A stretch of DNA of 64,000 nucleotides from Basidiobolus meristosporus CBS 931.73 (taxonomy: Eukaryota > Fungi > Basidiobolomycota), in the NCBI GenBank assembly GCA_002104905.1, contig MCFE01000018.1:124001-188000 (forward strand). The letters are read 5' to 3'. Under the pieces are notes generated by a model. That model worked only from the letters and a program-made list of their open reading frames with translations, had not been told where the DNA came from and ran no database searches. Made by a program: the position numbers and the translations under genes. Position 1 is the first letter of the stretch, and each line of letters starts with the position of its first letter. Shown here one piece after another: positions 36,174 to 47,594 of this stretch.

Positions 36174-38360
36174 TTTTGTCGCGCAGGCTTTTACGCAGTA
36201 TTCTACAGGCGTTTTATATCAACAAAGTCAAACGGGTTTATCCCTTAGTCCAAGAGGACTTAGATATGAGCTGGATAATAGATATGCTTAGGTGTGAATA
36301 GTTAACGGCAGAATGGAAGTTGCTAATATAAGATTGGAAGTGGAGGCTACAAAGTTCAAGAAAAGCGAATGAACCAGTGAATGCAGGAAAGGAGATCAGT
36401 CACTACATAGAGCCGATTTAACCAATAAAGACGATAGTAAGGTCTTAGCGTGAAACCCCCTGGCCAATAATGTAGGGACTGCCTCGCTAATTTTAGCCAT
36501 ATATATATTTTGAAAGGGCTAGAAATTAGAAAAGCATAAGGTTTGTGGAGTTCTCCAATCACACCAAATGCTGTTTCCTTAGCGTTATGTGTTGCAACAA
36601 CGTGGTTCAAGTATAGATGCATCAATATACCGAGATATCGGTAGGCAGCGGTAGGCAGGCAACAGACAGCCAGAGATGGCCAGAGAAACCCATCGGAGAC
36701 TAATCCTGCTTGCCACGTCTCGTGGACATTTTTCTGCTGCCAAGAATAAGGTTTGGAATCAATGGCTTCACGTTAGTATATTATATACTATACATTACAT
36801 TTGCTATGAATTCAACCAGACATTTGGGTGAGTGCGAGTTTATCCGAGCCCGAATTTCTTGGCATTGATGTAGAATCTTGTGGGATCAAATGGCGTTGTC
36901 TATTGCTTACAACCTGTCATGGACTGAGGTTGATTTACATGTACTCTCGATAACTTACCAGGACAGCTGAAGTTAATAGACACCTACTAATCTATCTTAA
37001 TTTCCACCGATTTAATGACTCTTTGGTCGTTCGATAATCATATATATATAGATATATAGATATATTCATGTGTATGTAGCCCTAGACTGCTTTCATCCAC
37101 CTGAATGAAGCAGTGCATGCAGGCGATGACCTGGCTAGTTTTGCAGTTGAGTATTACTACTTATATATCTACGTACCTGCTATTATTTGAGGTTTTCGAA
37201 CGAAAACACCTTTGTTCCATAGCCAACACTGAATGGGCAGAGACATGAGCGGGATAATAGTAGATGGGCGCCAGAAATAGTTTCATATTGTTCGTTGTCT
37301 TGGCCACCTTTGCCATGGTTATGTATATTACAAATTATGTTACCATACTATATTTCTATAGATTTCGAGCGATTAATATACTAAAGATGTATTTTCGAAG
37401 TTGTGCACGATTTTGGATAGTACCATTATATCCCATAAAATCCGTCTCGAGTATGTGCGCGGATCATCCAAATTCCTATACAAAACATTTGAATGACTTT
37501 GCGTTTCAAGTATTCAACGCTGGCTTGACCATCTTACGACATACAGTGGAAGAAGTTTTCAACAGTTCAAGAAATCCCGTGTACGGCATACAAAAGGTGT
37601 GGTCCTGATCATTTTCAAAATCAACGATACCAACCCTGCATATGCTTTATTGCCACCCATGTATCATCTCGCAATTTAATTAGTTATAAATTTACTAATG
37701 AGTTTGCATTAGATTTGGGAAAGATAGGCAATTGCAAAGAGTGGTAGCCTTGGAGCAAATAAACAGCCTAATAGCTTCAGATGGCGAATCATTCTAATGA
37801 AAAGCAAATAAATTGTTAGATGATGGTTGAATGTTTGACAAATCAATTAGAGGTAGTTGGATGGTAGTGGTTAAGGTAATGATAAACCACTTCACCCCTC
37901 AGATTCCTTAATGTACCATTTGGGTGAGTACCCTCTTCTGGTTTCTTGAGAAAATGTAGCTTTAGAAGTTAGTGCTTTGGCTCCATACAGACCGACACTG
38001 TTTATACTGTTGTATACGCCAAAGCTGTCTTCCTTTCAAGCCTTATATCACTATCAGAAAATTTTGGTGGAAGCCATCCGAACACCAAATAAAACATCAT
38101 CACAAAACCGTATTGAAAAAGTATGAGTATTGTCAAAAATCCAAGAAAAATCCGATTTTGAAATTTCTGATGGGGATATATAAAGGCACTTTACATTTCA
38201 GATCAACTGCACATTCACAACTTACTGTTGGTTCGAATATTTCCATCTGTCATACACCTCATGTGTCTCTTGTTGCAGCCTGCTCAGCTTTAGAATCAGA
38301 AACGGCTGTCCCCAGGTCTAGCAACACTCCACTTGCACCGGGCAGCCCTGTGACATTTCA

Positions 38361-38633
38361 ATGAGCCAAGATTCCGGGAAACTCGTGATTGTAGGGGTTA
38401 CATCGGGCCCTAATGGCGGACGATTCTACTTCTCAAGACCCAACAGCAACTCTCCACCTTCCACACAAAACTGGGTTTGGGCTGGAACTGCTCCTCTACA
38501 TGCTGCAATTGGTTATCGATACTCTAAGTATCATCCTGACTATCCGCACGCCTGTGGACAATCTAATTGTGAAGACGGAGCCTGCTGCTGGTTGGGTTTC
38601 AAACTCAAATGCTGGCACCTACCCTGCAATTAA
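38361..38633 (+). CDS. Small ORF ending in a 6-Cys motif; possibly the 3' part of a frameshifted secreted peptide gene
   Basis: C-terminus CGQSNCEDGACCWLGFKLKCWHLPCN; TATA-like TATATAAA at 38177; hydrophobic VSLVAACSA upstream in another frame. Confidence 0.4.
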   Translation: MSQDSGKLVIVGVTSGPNGGRFYFSRPNSNSPPSTQNWVWAGTAPLHAAIGYRYSKYHPDYPHACGQSNCEDGACCWLGFKLKCWHLPCN

Positions 38634-39853
38634 CAATTCCTACTCGCGCGATTCTACGAAAAAGTTATCGTTAATTGTGACTTTGGTTTTTGATTTTTGG
38701 AAATATTTATTATCCAGCAGCACTATTTGGAATTGGAGTGAATTTCAATTGATGAATGAATTTATAGATAATTTAGGATTGGCCATTTTACGGAGATGGA
38801 GAGAAAAGCGAGAACTTGGATGCGATGACCATTGTTCCTAATATTATAGCAGTGCCACCTACGAAAATATTTTTTAATGCAGCTGTTCTTCGTTTGGTCC
38901 TTTACTGTTTTTCAACGGTATTTTTGATAATTTACACACCCACTGGTCAAATCTTTCGAAAAAACTAACAGTTTAATTCTCCTTGTTTGCTCATATCCAC
39001 AGTAGTGCAAAGCAGATAGCCGACCACCCGAAGAGCAGCGATAAGATTCATTAGCATAATGTGTGCTTCGGCTGCCTCAGGTCCGCTCGTGTCCCAAGGA
39101 TTCTCCGTGGCGAAGGGAGGCAGCGTTCTTCCTGTATCTTTCTGCCATTTTATAGGACATTTTTGATAACGTCTAGAACCTCAGAGTTCCAGCTGATCAG
39201 TCGAGCAGACTGGATTGAGGGTGATGGCGAGGATGGTCAGGCGGTAATTGATCCTTGTAAACCCCAAAACAGCAGCCTCTTGCTGCCTTACTTCCACTGC
39301 TGTCAATTGTCTATAGCCTTTCTGCTCCATGAAGCTCAGTATCTCTATCAGTAAGATGTAGTTTTGCACTATCCCAACTCCCACTCCCAAATAAGGTTCC
39401 TCAAACAACCTGAGCCTAGGCGCCCGCAATGTTGCGTTCAAGCCGGATGCTTGCAGGCCAGTACTGTTGAGGCAATTTGCGGAAGGAATCTTTCTAGGTT
39501 GGTGAAGCCTCAACGAGTGGGATCCATTCTTGCTGGCTTAATGCTATATTGGTGCTGGATGACGAAGGGGCCGTGGATTAAGAGTTGGGGTGTTTCGATC
39601 ATAGCTAACCTGTACAACACAGCGCTCACTCAGTTGATACAAATAGATCAAGATACAAGGATAAGGGGACATATCAAGATGCCCCATGTTTAATATATTT
39701 CCCTCAGAAACTACTAGACCTGTACTATTCCCCAATCTTTGGTCAGATATGATGAAATCCAGATCGTAAGTGGTGACCTGGTTTAGGAATATTCTTATAG
39801 AATGGCTAAATAAGTATTAATGCACACCAACAACCTTGAGGTTTTTTACATAC

Positions 39854-41206
39854 ATGAAGCGTTTCCTCACTCAGTGCCTTCACAAGGCTTCTAGGTATCT
39901 TCGAAAGTACCTACTTCATGGTTGCATAGTGCTACTGTTTATTCTGGGGATCCTTGTTTACAATGGCAATTATGTTGAAAGATTCGGCACTGCCCATTTT
40001 GACTGTTCACGTCTGCAGGAATTTCCGCAGCTCGAGTATTCTGGTTTGACTGGGGATATTCTGGAGGATGACAATGCTGGAAAGCTTGATGAATTTGCAG
40101 ATTCGCTTCAGAAAAGATACAACTCTATCATGGAGCTGGCCGAGACGTATTCTTGCCCACCAACGCAGACAATAGCATACGTATGTGGCCAGGATGATTT
40201 ATGCGGTGGTGTAGGTGACCGAATCCAAGGCGTTATTTCCACTTTCTATCTTGCATTGTTAACGAACTCGTTGTTCCACATTGAATGGAGTAAACCGCTA
40301 CCGTTGCAGGAATTCATTGTACCTAATCGTACAGGTATAGACTGGATTGGTGCCGGTTCAACCAAAGCACTTGGTAGCAAAATCCCCGTTTTCGACTACG
40401 GCTATCCTGACTCCTTACAAATCATTGAAGATGCCAATTCAATGAACTTCCTGAAGAGTTGGAGTCGTTACGAACATATCAACATCCACTCCAATCAAGC
40501 ATTCTGGGTTAGATTAACAAAAAACAACACATGGGGTGCTCAGGCGGCTAAAAATTATCAGTTGGATCAGTTACCACCAAGCTACCTCTACACCATAGCA
40601 TCTCGTTTACTGCTCTCTACACCATCGAACAAGCTGCAGCCATATATAGACGAAATAACCAAACAATGGAAAGACAAGACAGCATACAAGATTGGACTCC
40701 ACATACGGACAGGTGGTGAGGGAGCTTGGGACGATCCTAAACGTGTAGATGTATCAGTGGCGGTAGGATGTTTTGTTGATGAGGCTATTGCCATTTACAA
40801 TGACTTTGCCAAGAACCACCCTTCACCACCAATGCCCATATTCTTTGTTGCCACTGATTCTCAGCACGCAACTGACTTGCTGCGTGAGCAATTAGGGAAG
40901 TTTAACTACACAGTATATACCAGCCATGGAAATATTACTCATTTGGATCGAGCACAGGAAGGAAATCTTTTTGATGATAATGTACGAACCTATGCAGATT
41001 GGTTTGTTCTTCATCAGATGGATGCCCTGGTCATCACCAGAAGTGGCTTTTCAGAAACCGTTGCTGCCATGACTCTTAAGCCTACTCGAAGATACGTCTC
41101 AGGAAGTCAGTGCAAGTTTACTAATTTTGCAGATGTGCTTAGTATGGATGATTGGTATCCGCGGTATACTTGGACAGACTACACAGAATTGGGCAGAATC
41201 CCTTGA
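39854..41206 (+). CDS. Intronless type II membrane fucosyltransferase-like glycosyltransferase (alpha-1,2/alpha-1,6/O-FucT superfamily)
   Basis: First ATG is at 39854 (the track starts at a TTG). TM segment LLHGCIVLLFILGILVY; motifs GGVGDRIQG..LALLT, IGLHIRTG, FFVATDS, DWFVL..D.LVITRSGFS. Confidence 0.8.
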   Translation: MKRFLTQCLHKASRYLRKYLLHGCIVLLFILGILVYNGNYVERFGTAHFDCSRLQEFPQLEYSGLTGDILEDDNAGKLDEFADSLQKRYNSIMELAETYSCPPTQTIAYVCGQDDLCGGVGDRIQGVISTFYLALLTNSLFHIEWSKPLPLQEFIVPNRTGIDWIGAGSTKALGSKIPVFDYGYPDSLQIIEDANSMNFLKSWSRYEHINIHSNQAFWVRLTKNNTWGAQAAKNYQLDQLPPSYLYTIASRLLLSTPSNKLQPYIDEITKQWKDKTAYKIGLHIRTGGEGAWDDPKRVDVSVAVGCFVDEAIAIYNDFAKNHPSPPMPIFFVATDSQHATDLLREQLGKFNYTVYTSHGNITHLDRAQEGNLFDDNVRTYADWFVLHQMDALVITRSGFSETVAAMTLKPTRRYVSGSQCKFTNFADVLSMDDWYPRYTWTDYTELGRIP

Positions 41207-41499
41207 TAATAATAAACCTCCAGTTTTGGGATTAGGAGTTAGAAAATTTACAAACTTCAAATGTATTTCTGTGCAGTGTACAGTTCATATTTTGTGTGCA
41301 CTCTACAATATATCTATATGATAGATTTCAAATTTCATTTCATAAAGTATTTAGCTGGTTTTCCTTAGGGTTAGGGGGAGACAGTCACCAACATGTGAAA
41401 TCTTTATTTCAGTTGAAACAAAGAAGCCAGCTCTACTGTTGTAGCCTTGATACAAGAGTGTGTAGCTTAGGGGAATTGGTATGTAAGCTAACCAGCAGA

Positions 41500-42630
41500 A
41501 ATGATGGCTCTTCAGTGCTCAAGACACTGCTCAGTGGGAAGGGGGTAGTAAGAGAGGTAAGAATGATTTGCAAACAATATTAATAAGGGGAATATGATAT
41601 GGATTGATATTCATCACAAAGGGAGTGTGCTGCTTCAGATATTGCTGCCAAAGGTCTGTCAAGTACTTTGAGTAGGCCAGCTTGGGTATTTCTGACTGCA
41701 GAATATAATGAGCAAACTTCTTGACATCAGGATCTCCAAGTATCTTTCTCCAGCAGGAGCCAGGTGTAATGTGGTGAGTTCTTTTCCCAGCCTTGATCAG
41801 TGGGTTGTTGCAGTGGTGGAGTCTGAGATATAATTTGATTCTAATGTAGAGAAGTCTGATCTTGTAGGGCATAAACCCAAAAGCACCAAGAGTAGCATGT
41901 CTGTAGGGGCATTCAGGCAGCTGAGGCACCAAGGAGGTAGTGCACCAGACTGCAAACTTGTCAAGCTTAGTGCAGTCTCTAGAAGTAAGAGAGAGAAGTG
42001 GTATGCCAGATTCCAGGACAGGGAAGACAAGCTGCTTGAGTAGAAGGAGGCAGCTGGGAGCTGAAGTTGTAGGAGGAGTAACAGCCAGTAGCTTGTGGAG
42101 TGCCTGTCTTGCCAGGACAATTCTCTTCTTTAGGTGTGCTCCAGAGTCAAGTCTGGTAGGAAGGAAAGGAAAGCCAAGATATATAGCAGAAACTTGAGCA
42201 GGTAGAGTGCAGTTCTCTAGGTTGATAGTGCAATCCAAAGGTACTGTCTTTGCAATGGAAAGCTGAAGATTATTCTTCTGCAGATAATGGTGGATGGTCA
42301 GGGAGTCTTGTTACACATTGGAGGTGGATATTCTGATGTCATCAGCAAAGAGAGTTACCAGGTAGTCAGCTGAGAGTCTTGGGAAATCATTCAGAAATAT
42401 GGCAAACAGTATTATTATTAGGTACTCTTACCTAAACAGTATAGGACCAAGCACAGAGCCTTGAACCACTCCATTAGAAACTGAGAATACAGCTGATTGC
42501 TCACTTTGGTGCAGAATTCTTGCTTGTGGATCCAGAAACAGAGACCTGACAAGTAGGGTGAGAGATGTACTGGAGAACCATTGCAAACAGGTTAGAATAG
42601 AAGAAACTATCAAAGGCAGAAGAACAAGGG
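41500..42630 (-). mobile_element. Degenerate non-LTR (LINE-like) reverse transcriptase, 3' part
   Basis: VSNGVVQGSVLGPILF, LFADDIRI and YLGFPF motifs, followed by a LINE-like C-terminal region; frameshifted and almost devoid of CpG. Confidence 0.85.
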
Positions 42631-42634
42631 TGCC

Positions 42635-43590
42635 ATGGCTAAAAACCAGCAGCATCCTCAAAAACCAGTTACAAGCAGGGCCAAAAGCTCCAAACAAGCA
42701 TCAAAGAGGCATGAGGTAGCTGGAAGAGTGCCAATAAGGGACAAGCAGGCAGACATGGATGCACCAGTGCAACACTTATCAAGGAAAAAGCATAGTTCTA
42801 CTCAAGAAGCATGCAGTCAAAGTAGCAGTGAAGGACCTGGCAGTGATAAATACCAGTGGCTTTCTCAGGAGCCCATCACAACTATGGCTGAGAGATTGAA
42901 ACAAGCAGAAAAGAAATATCAGGTTGCCAGAAGAATGCCTGAAGGGACAAGTAGGCCAAAGCAGATGTGTCAGAGCCAAATTTATCAAGGAGAAAATGCA
43001 AACAAGAAGCACCTAGACAAAGTAGCAGTGAAAGACCTGACAGTGTTAAAGGAAAAGGCAAAGGTAAAAATGTCTACCCAAGCCTGAGACAGGGAAGCAT
43101 GCAAAAAAAATGCAGTTCTAGCCAATTGACACCACAAGCCCAGAACAGACTGAATCCCATCATAGCCAAGAAGAATTACCAACAAGAAAACAGCTGTTTT
43201 CACAAGAGTTGGAAGTGCGGTCAGTTGAGCTACACTCCAGCAAGGTAGATGAGTTTGCAGAAAAAGGCAATTCTTCTACCACAGCCTCCACATCCTCCAT
43301 TGTTGACAGAGTGAAAATCCCACCAACAGACAAGGCTATAATGTCAAGAACTCAAAAGATTATCATGATGCCTTCAGTGGAATTTTGGGACATTGATAAA
43401 CACACCAAGAGGTTGCAGTACTTCTTCACAAGCAGTGCTCAAGAAAATGCACTTGAATATTACAAGGATTTATTGCAAAGACTGGCAGATGAGGTGCTAA
43501 ACCTTGCAGTGCTGGCTCAAGACCAGGATGTGTGGGAGCCAGTGCATGAACAGAGGCATTAAGCAGTTGGGTTCCTGCCAAAGTCATGGA
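42635..43590 (+). mobile_element. Frameshifted, basic, low-complexity ORF remnant, probably TE-derived (LINE ORF1-like)
   Basis: Three overlapping ORF pieces, an internal repeat (QSSSEGPGSDK / QSSSERPDSVK), the same CpG loss as neighbouring TEs, and truncation by an LTR at 43591. Identity not established. Confidence 0.45.
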
Positions 43591-44140
43591 TGTTGTAAGA
43601 GTCTTGGAGATATTGGAAGTGATTGGGAGAACAAATAGATTATGTGGTTTTCACTTAATGATTTATAGAATGTAAAAGTAGTATTTATACTTTTACATGG
43701 TCTTGGCATTACAAACACATAGAATAGGTTAAGGAAGGTCCAAAGAACATGTGTGCAAAGTTTGGGGCTGTTTGGACAACTTTGAGAATTTTCATGTTCT
43801 GGGTACCTGGTATTTTGGTGAAAATATTCCAAGTAAATCCTGACAAGGAATTTGGTCAGTATTCTCTAGGATTTGAAGGTAATGATCTAAGTGACTAAGT
43901 TAGGTGAATATTTAGGTGGAATTGCGGATTTCTTATAACACAACCAACCGTAGCACTTTCCACCACAGAGGCAGAGTATATGACAGCCTGTGAAGCTACA
44001 AAAGAAGCAATGTGGTTAAGAAAGCTTTTTACAGATTTAGGCCTATGTCAAAAAATGCCTATTACTTTATTTCAAGAAGCTGCATATATGGCAGCCTATG
44101 AAGCTACAAAAGAAGTAATGTGGTTATGAAAGCTTTTAAA
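43591..44140. mobile_element. Complete Copia LTR (43591-43940) plus a plus-strand Copia RNase H fragment (43941-44140) with an internal duplication
   Basis: TGTTGTAAGAG..TTATAACA; then QPTVALSTTEAEYMTACEATKEAMWLRKLFTDLG, with the EATKE.MWL segment repeated. Confidence 0.9.
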
Positions 44141-45487
44141 GGCTTTGGTTCCACTCATTTGAGTATTTCTATATTAACTAGGCCTAATTGTTGGCACCAT
44201 GTTATGCTCAGCTCCTCGATATGTACTATTGTTATCCCAATTTATTGATATACTCGGGATTAGAAGGTGCATCGGAACAAATCGACTACCTTTGAATCCT
44301 ACAGTTCGACATGAAATTTTTACCACCAGATAACTCAGCAAATCGGCTTGTTGACATAGGGTCCAGATTCTTAGGCAACTGATTCTTGACGCATTTTTGT
44401 GGCATTGACTCACACATAGACATTGGGTTGCTCGTTTCTGCAAAGTTGATGACTAAAAGTGTTTCAAGTTATTACAATGCTGATCGCTCCGACATGTCCT
44501 GCTTTGGTAGGTATCATTGGCAGAGTCAATTCATCCTGTCACCATATATACCAGAAGTGCTGACGTGTGATGACTTCTCAGGACAGTTCATTGGATCCAT
44601 AGCTCGATACCGCAGTGCATCATAGAACATTCTGTGTATCCTATGATAGCCAATGAAGAGTATCTCGAGTCAATCAGAGAACTTTGGGGCAGGGATGGAA
44701 GCTGGTCAGGGATCAGGCGAGATTATAAGTAGAAGGCTTCCGCTTTGTAATTGACCAAGCATTTCACCTCTCTTCATAACACCTCGGAATGGCTGAATCC
44801 GTTGCCTACGGTGCATCTGCGTGATATCTATCACACTCCGCTTCAAGCTGTCGCAAAATTCAGGACCGCATTCTTTATATCATCGCTCCACTGATGTAAG
44901 GAAGAGCAAGTATCCGGAATGTCATTGACTTTTCGCTATTGTACCAAGTAGAGAACGAATAAAAGCTTTTCAGAGAATTCATGTTTGGCATTTTCATATA
45001 AATCAGTAACTGCTTGATACGGCTTTTTGATCTCCTGACAGCTGATAGAGACCAATGCATAGTCGAACGACAAATCACCTTTGGTGGGTGTAGGTAATAA
45101 ATGTGAATGTAGTTTGAAGAATCTCCCCAGATATTCAACCGTGGTTGACGCATTTAATCCAGGATCCAAACGCACTATTTATCGAGGATTTGCATCCTGT
45201 AGTTAATGAAAATATAAATCGGATTTTGATCTCGGTCAATTTCGTTCAGCTTAGCACACTACTGCTCCCAATAATTCTTTCAATTATTGGCTAACTTGTC
45301 ATTTTAGAGATATTTAGGCATGAATTTGGGTGCAAGGTCACTGTCATACGTAACTGGTGTACTAAGCACTAGCATATCACAAACAAAACTAACGGTTTAC
45401 ACTGTCACCTGAAATATTACATCCTCACAGAATGAAATCGAATATGCTGAGAAAAAAACAATCACTGGGCCAGATACTTTTGAATTG

Positions 45488-46685
45488 CACTCCATAAATT
45501 TCACGCTTCATGCCTATTAAGAACAACTTGACCTTGATCGAATTCAATAAAATAATTACCAACTGAATTCTAGTATCACGGTCAAAAGATAAACTTTATT
45601 CCCTATGTAATACAAACAATGCGACTGATTGATTGGCAGTTCTTTAATAACTCTCACCACCCATCTGTGAGGATAAAGCCTTAAAGGGATAAGTACGGTT
45701 TTATCGGTAAAAGATGTATTCAGATAGAAATCGATGAGGTGCAAGTGAATATATGCCCGGATATACCTGAAATGGGTAGATTCTCTTTTGTTCATACCTT
45801 GCTTATCCCAATGGATCAGCCACTCGGTAGATCGAGATTGTCTAAGGATCCGATTAGTGCTGATTTACATTGACCTCTATGCTGGGTGCAAATAACATGT
45901 GAGGTTCAACGATGTGAATGTTGCAATAGATATAGAGGGCTGGTGCAAAGTGGCCGAGTCTGCATTACTATCAATGGCTGTTGACCATAGGCTCTCGGAT
46001 TGATAATGCTATATGCGAGGAGTGGATAAATCATAACCAAAGATACAGCATAAAAGGCAAATTACGGCGTGTGCAGGTGAATATATGCTCAGATATACCT
46101 GAACAAGGTGGATCTCATTTTCAAAAATGACTTATCTCCCAGATTTAGCCACATGGTGTATCTAGATTGATGAAGCATCCGATTGGTACCGATTCCAATG
46201 TGGGAATGGATATAGAGGCTTGGAGCAAAGTGACAGACTCAGCTTTATCACCGATATCTGTCGACTATGACCCCGGAACAATATGCTATACGCAAAAAGG
46301 GAAAAATTATTACCAAAGATGCAGTATAAAAGGCAGGCTATGAGATGACAAACAGCAAGCCTAGTTCCACTCTACAAAAAGCCCGCCGTTAGACTGAATA
46401 TTCCGTTCGCAGTGTCTCTGCTTGGCAGCCTTGCATCTGGAGGTCATTGCTCTACCAGTGCCGGTGTCGTTGACATGAGCTTCCAAGCGTGTCATGTTGA
46501 ATCCGAACCTCAAGTCGCCAGCGTAAAGTCAAAGTATGTTTGATGTAATGACTAGAGTACTTGTAAAGAATAAAACGTCTATCGAGGGTGAATCTTAGTT
46601 GAATGTATGATATGGGTTGGGTTGAGTAATTGTGAATGGACACAATCTCTCCTGTAAGGGAGTAGGAAATATTGGGCTCGGGTAA
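45488..46685 (+). repeat. About 1.2 kb near-identical direct repeat, second copy at 51238-52435 (offset 5750)
   Basis: Only a handful of differences seen across 1.2 kb; the flanks are homologous but much more diverged. Confidence 0.95.
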
Positions 46686-47594
46686 ATCAAGTAGAGCAGC
46701 TTAATATGGGTTCAAGGAATTGATTAACCTGATGCATTTCAGTTGTGTTTTGGTGGACACGAGCATTCTTGCGGTCGTATCTGACAATAGGATGGGCGGA
46801 AAACTTGTTCACTTACGCTAAAGCCAAAGAAGTCGCAGTTTCTGAATCGACTATTATCGTACTATACACAATGATGGTTTACAGTATGCATTTAAAAGAT
46901 GATCACATTGGGAAATATGGTCACATCAGGTTTCCCGCAGACGGTAGACTCTTTCACCAAATTACTGTAGGGTTCAATCGAAAGCAAGGCTCTCGCGGAT
47001 TATTGAACACCCACTAAGCTGAATGAAAGCCAAATCTTGGCTCGATATATTCATATCACCAGAATTCATCGACGGTTGCGAACTAAATATGCCGGACTAC
47101 AGCTGTTTGAAATTCATATCGACATGCAGAAACTGACTGTTTCATCGTAGCAATCAATATATACATGTTGCGCAACGTTAAACCCATACTAAGCTACACC
47201 ACATGAATTGTCCAAGCCAAAAGTTTCCTACTTCCTTACAGGAGAGATTGTGTCCATTCACAATTACTCAACCCAACCCATATCATACATTCAACTAAGA
47301 TTCACCCTCGATAGACGTTTTATTCTTTACAAGTACTCTAGTCATTACATCAAACATACTTTGACTTTACGCTGGCGACTTGAGGTTCGGATTCAACATG
47401 ACACGCTTGGAAGCTCATGTCAACGACACCGGCACTGGTAGAGCAATGACCTCCAGATGCAAGGCTGCCAAGCAGAGACGCTGCGAACGGAATATTCAGT
47501 CTAACGGCGGGCTTTTTGTAGAGTGGAACTAGGCTTGCTGTTTGTCATCTCATAGCCTACCTTTTATACTGCATCTTTGGTAATGATTTTTCCC
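46300..47594. repeat. Fold-back inverted repeat 1: arms about 46300-46715 and 47180-47594
   Basis: A core of about 360 bp is almost perfectly complementary; spacer about 460 bp. Confidence 0.93.

Noticed and set aside
37264-37608. Signal-peptide-like ORF MGARNSFILFVVLATFAM
   Set aside because: The obvious splice (GTTATG..CTATAG) gives an immediate stop and the unspliced product has no recognisable features; insufficient support.
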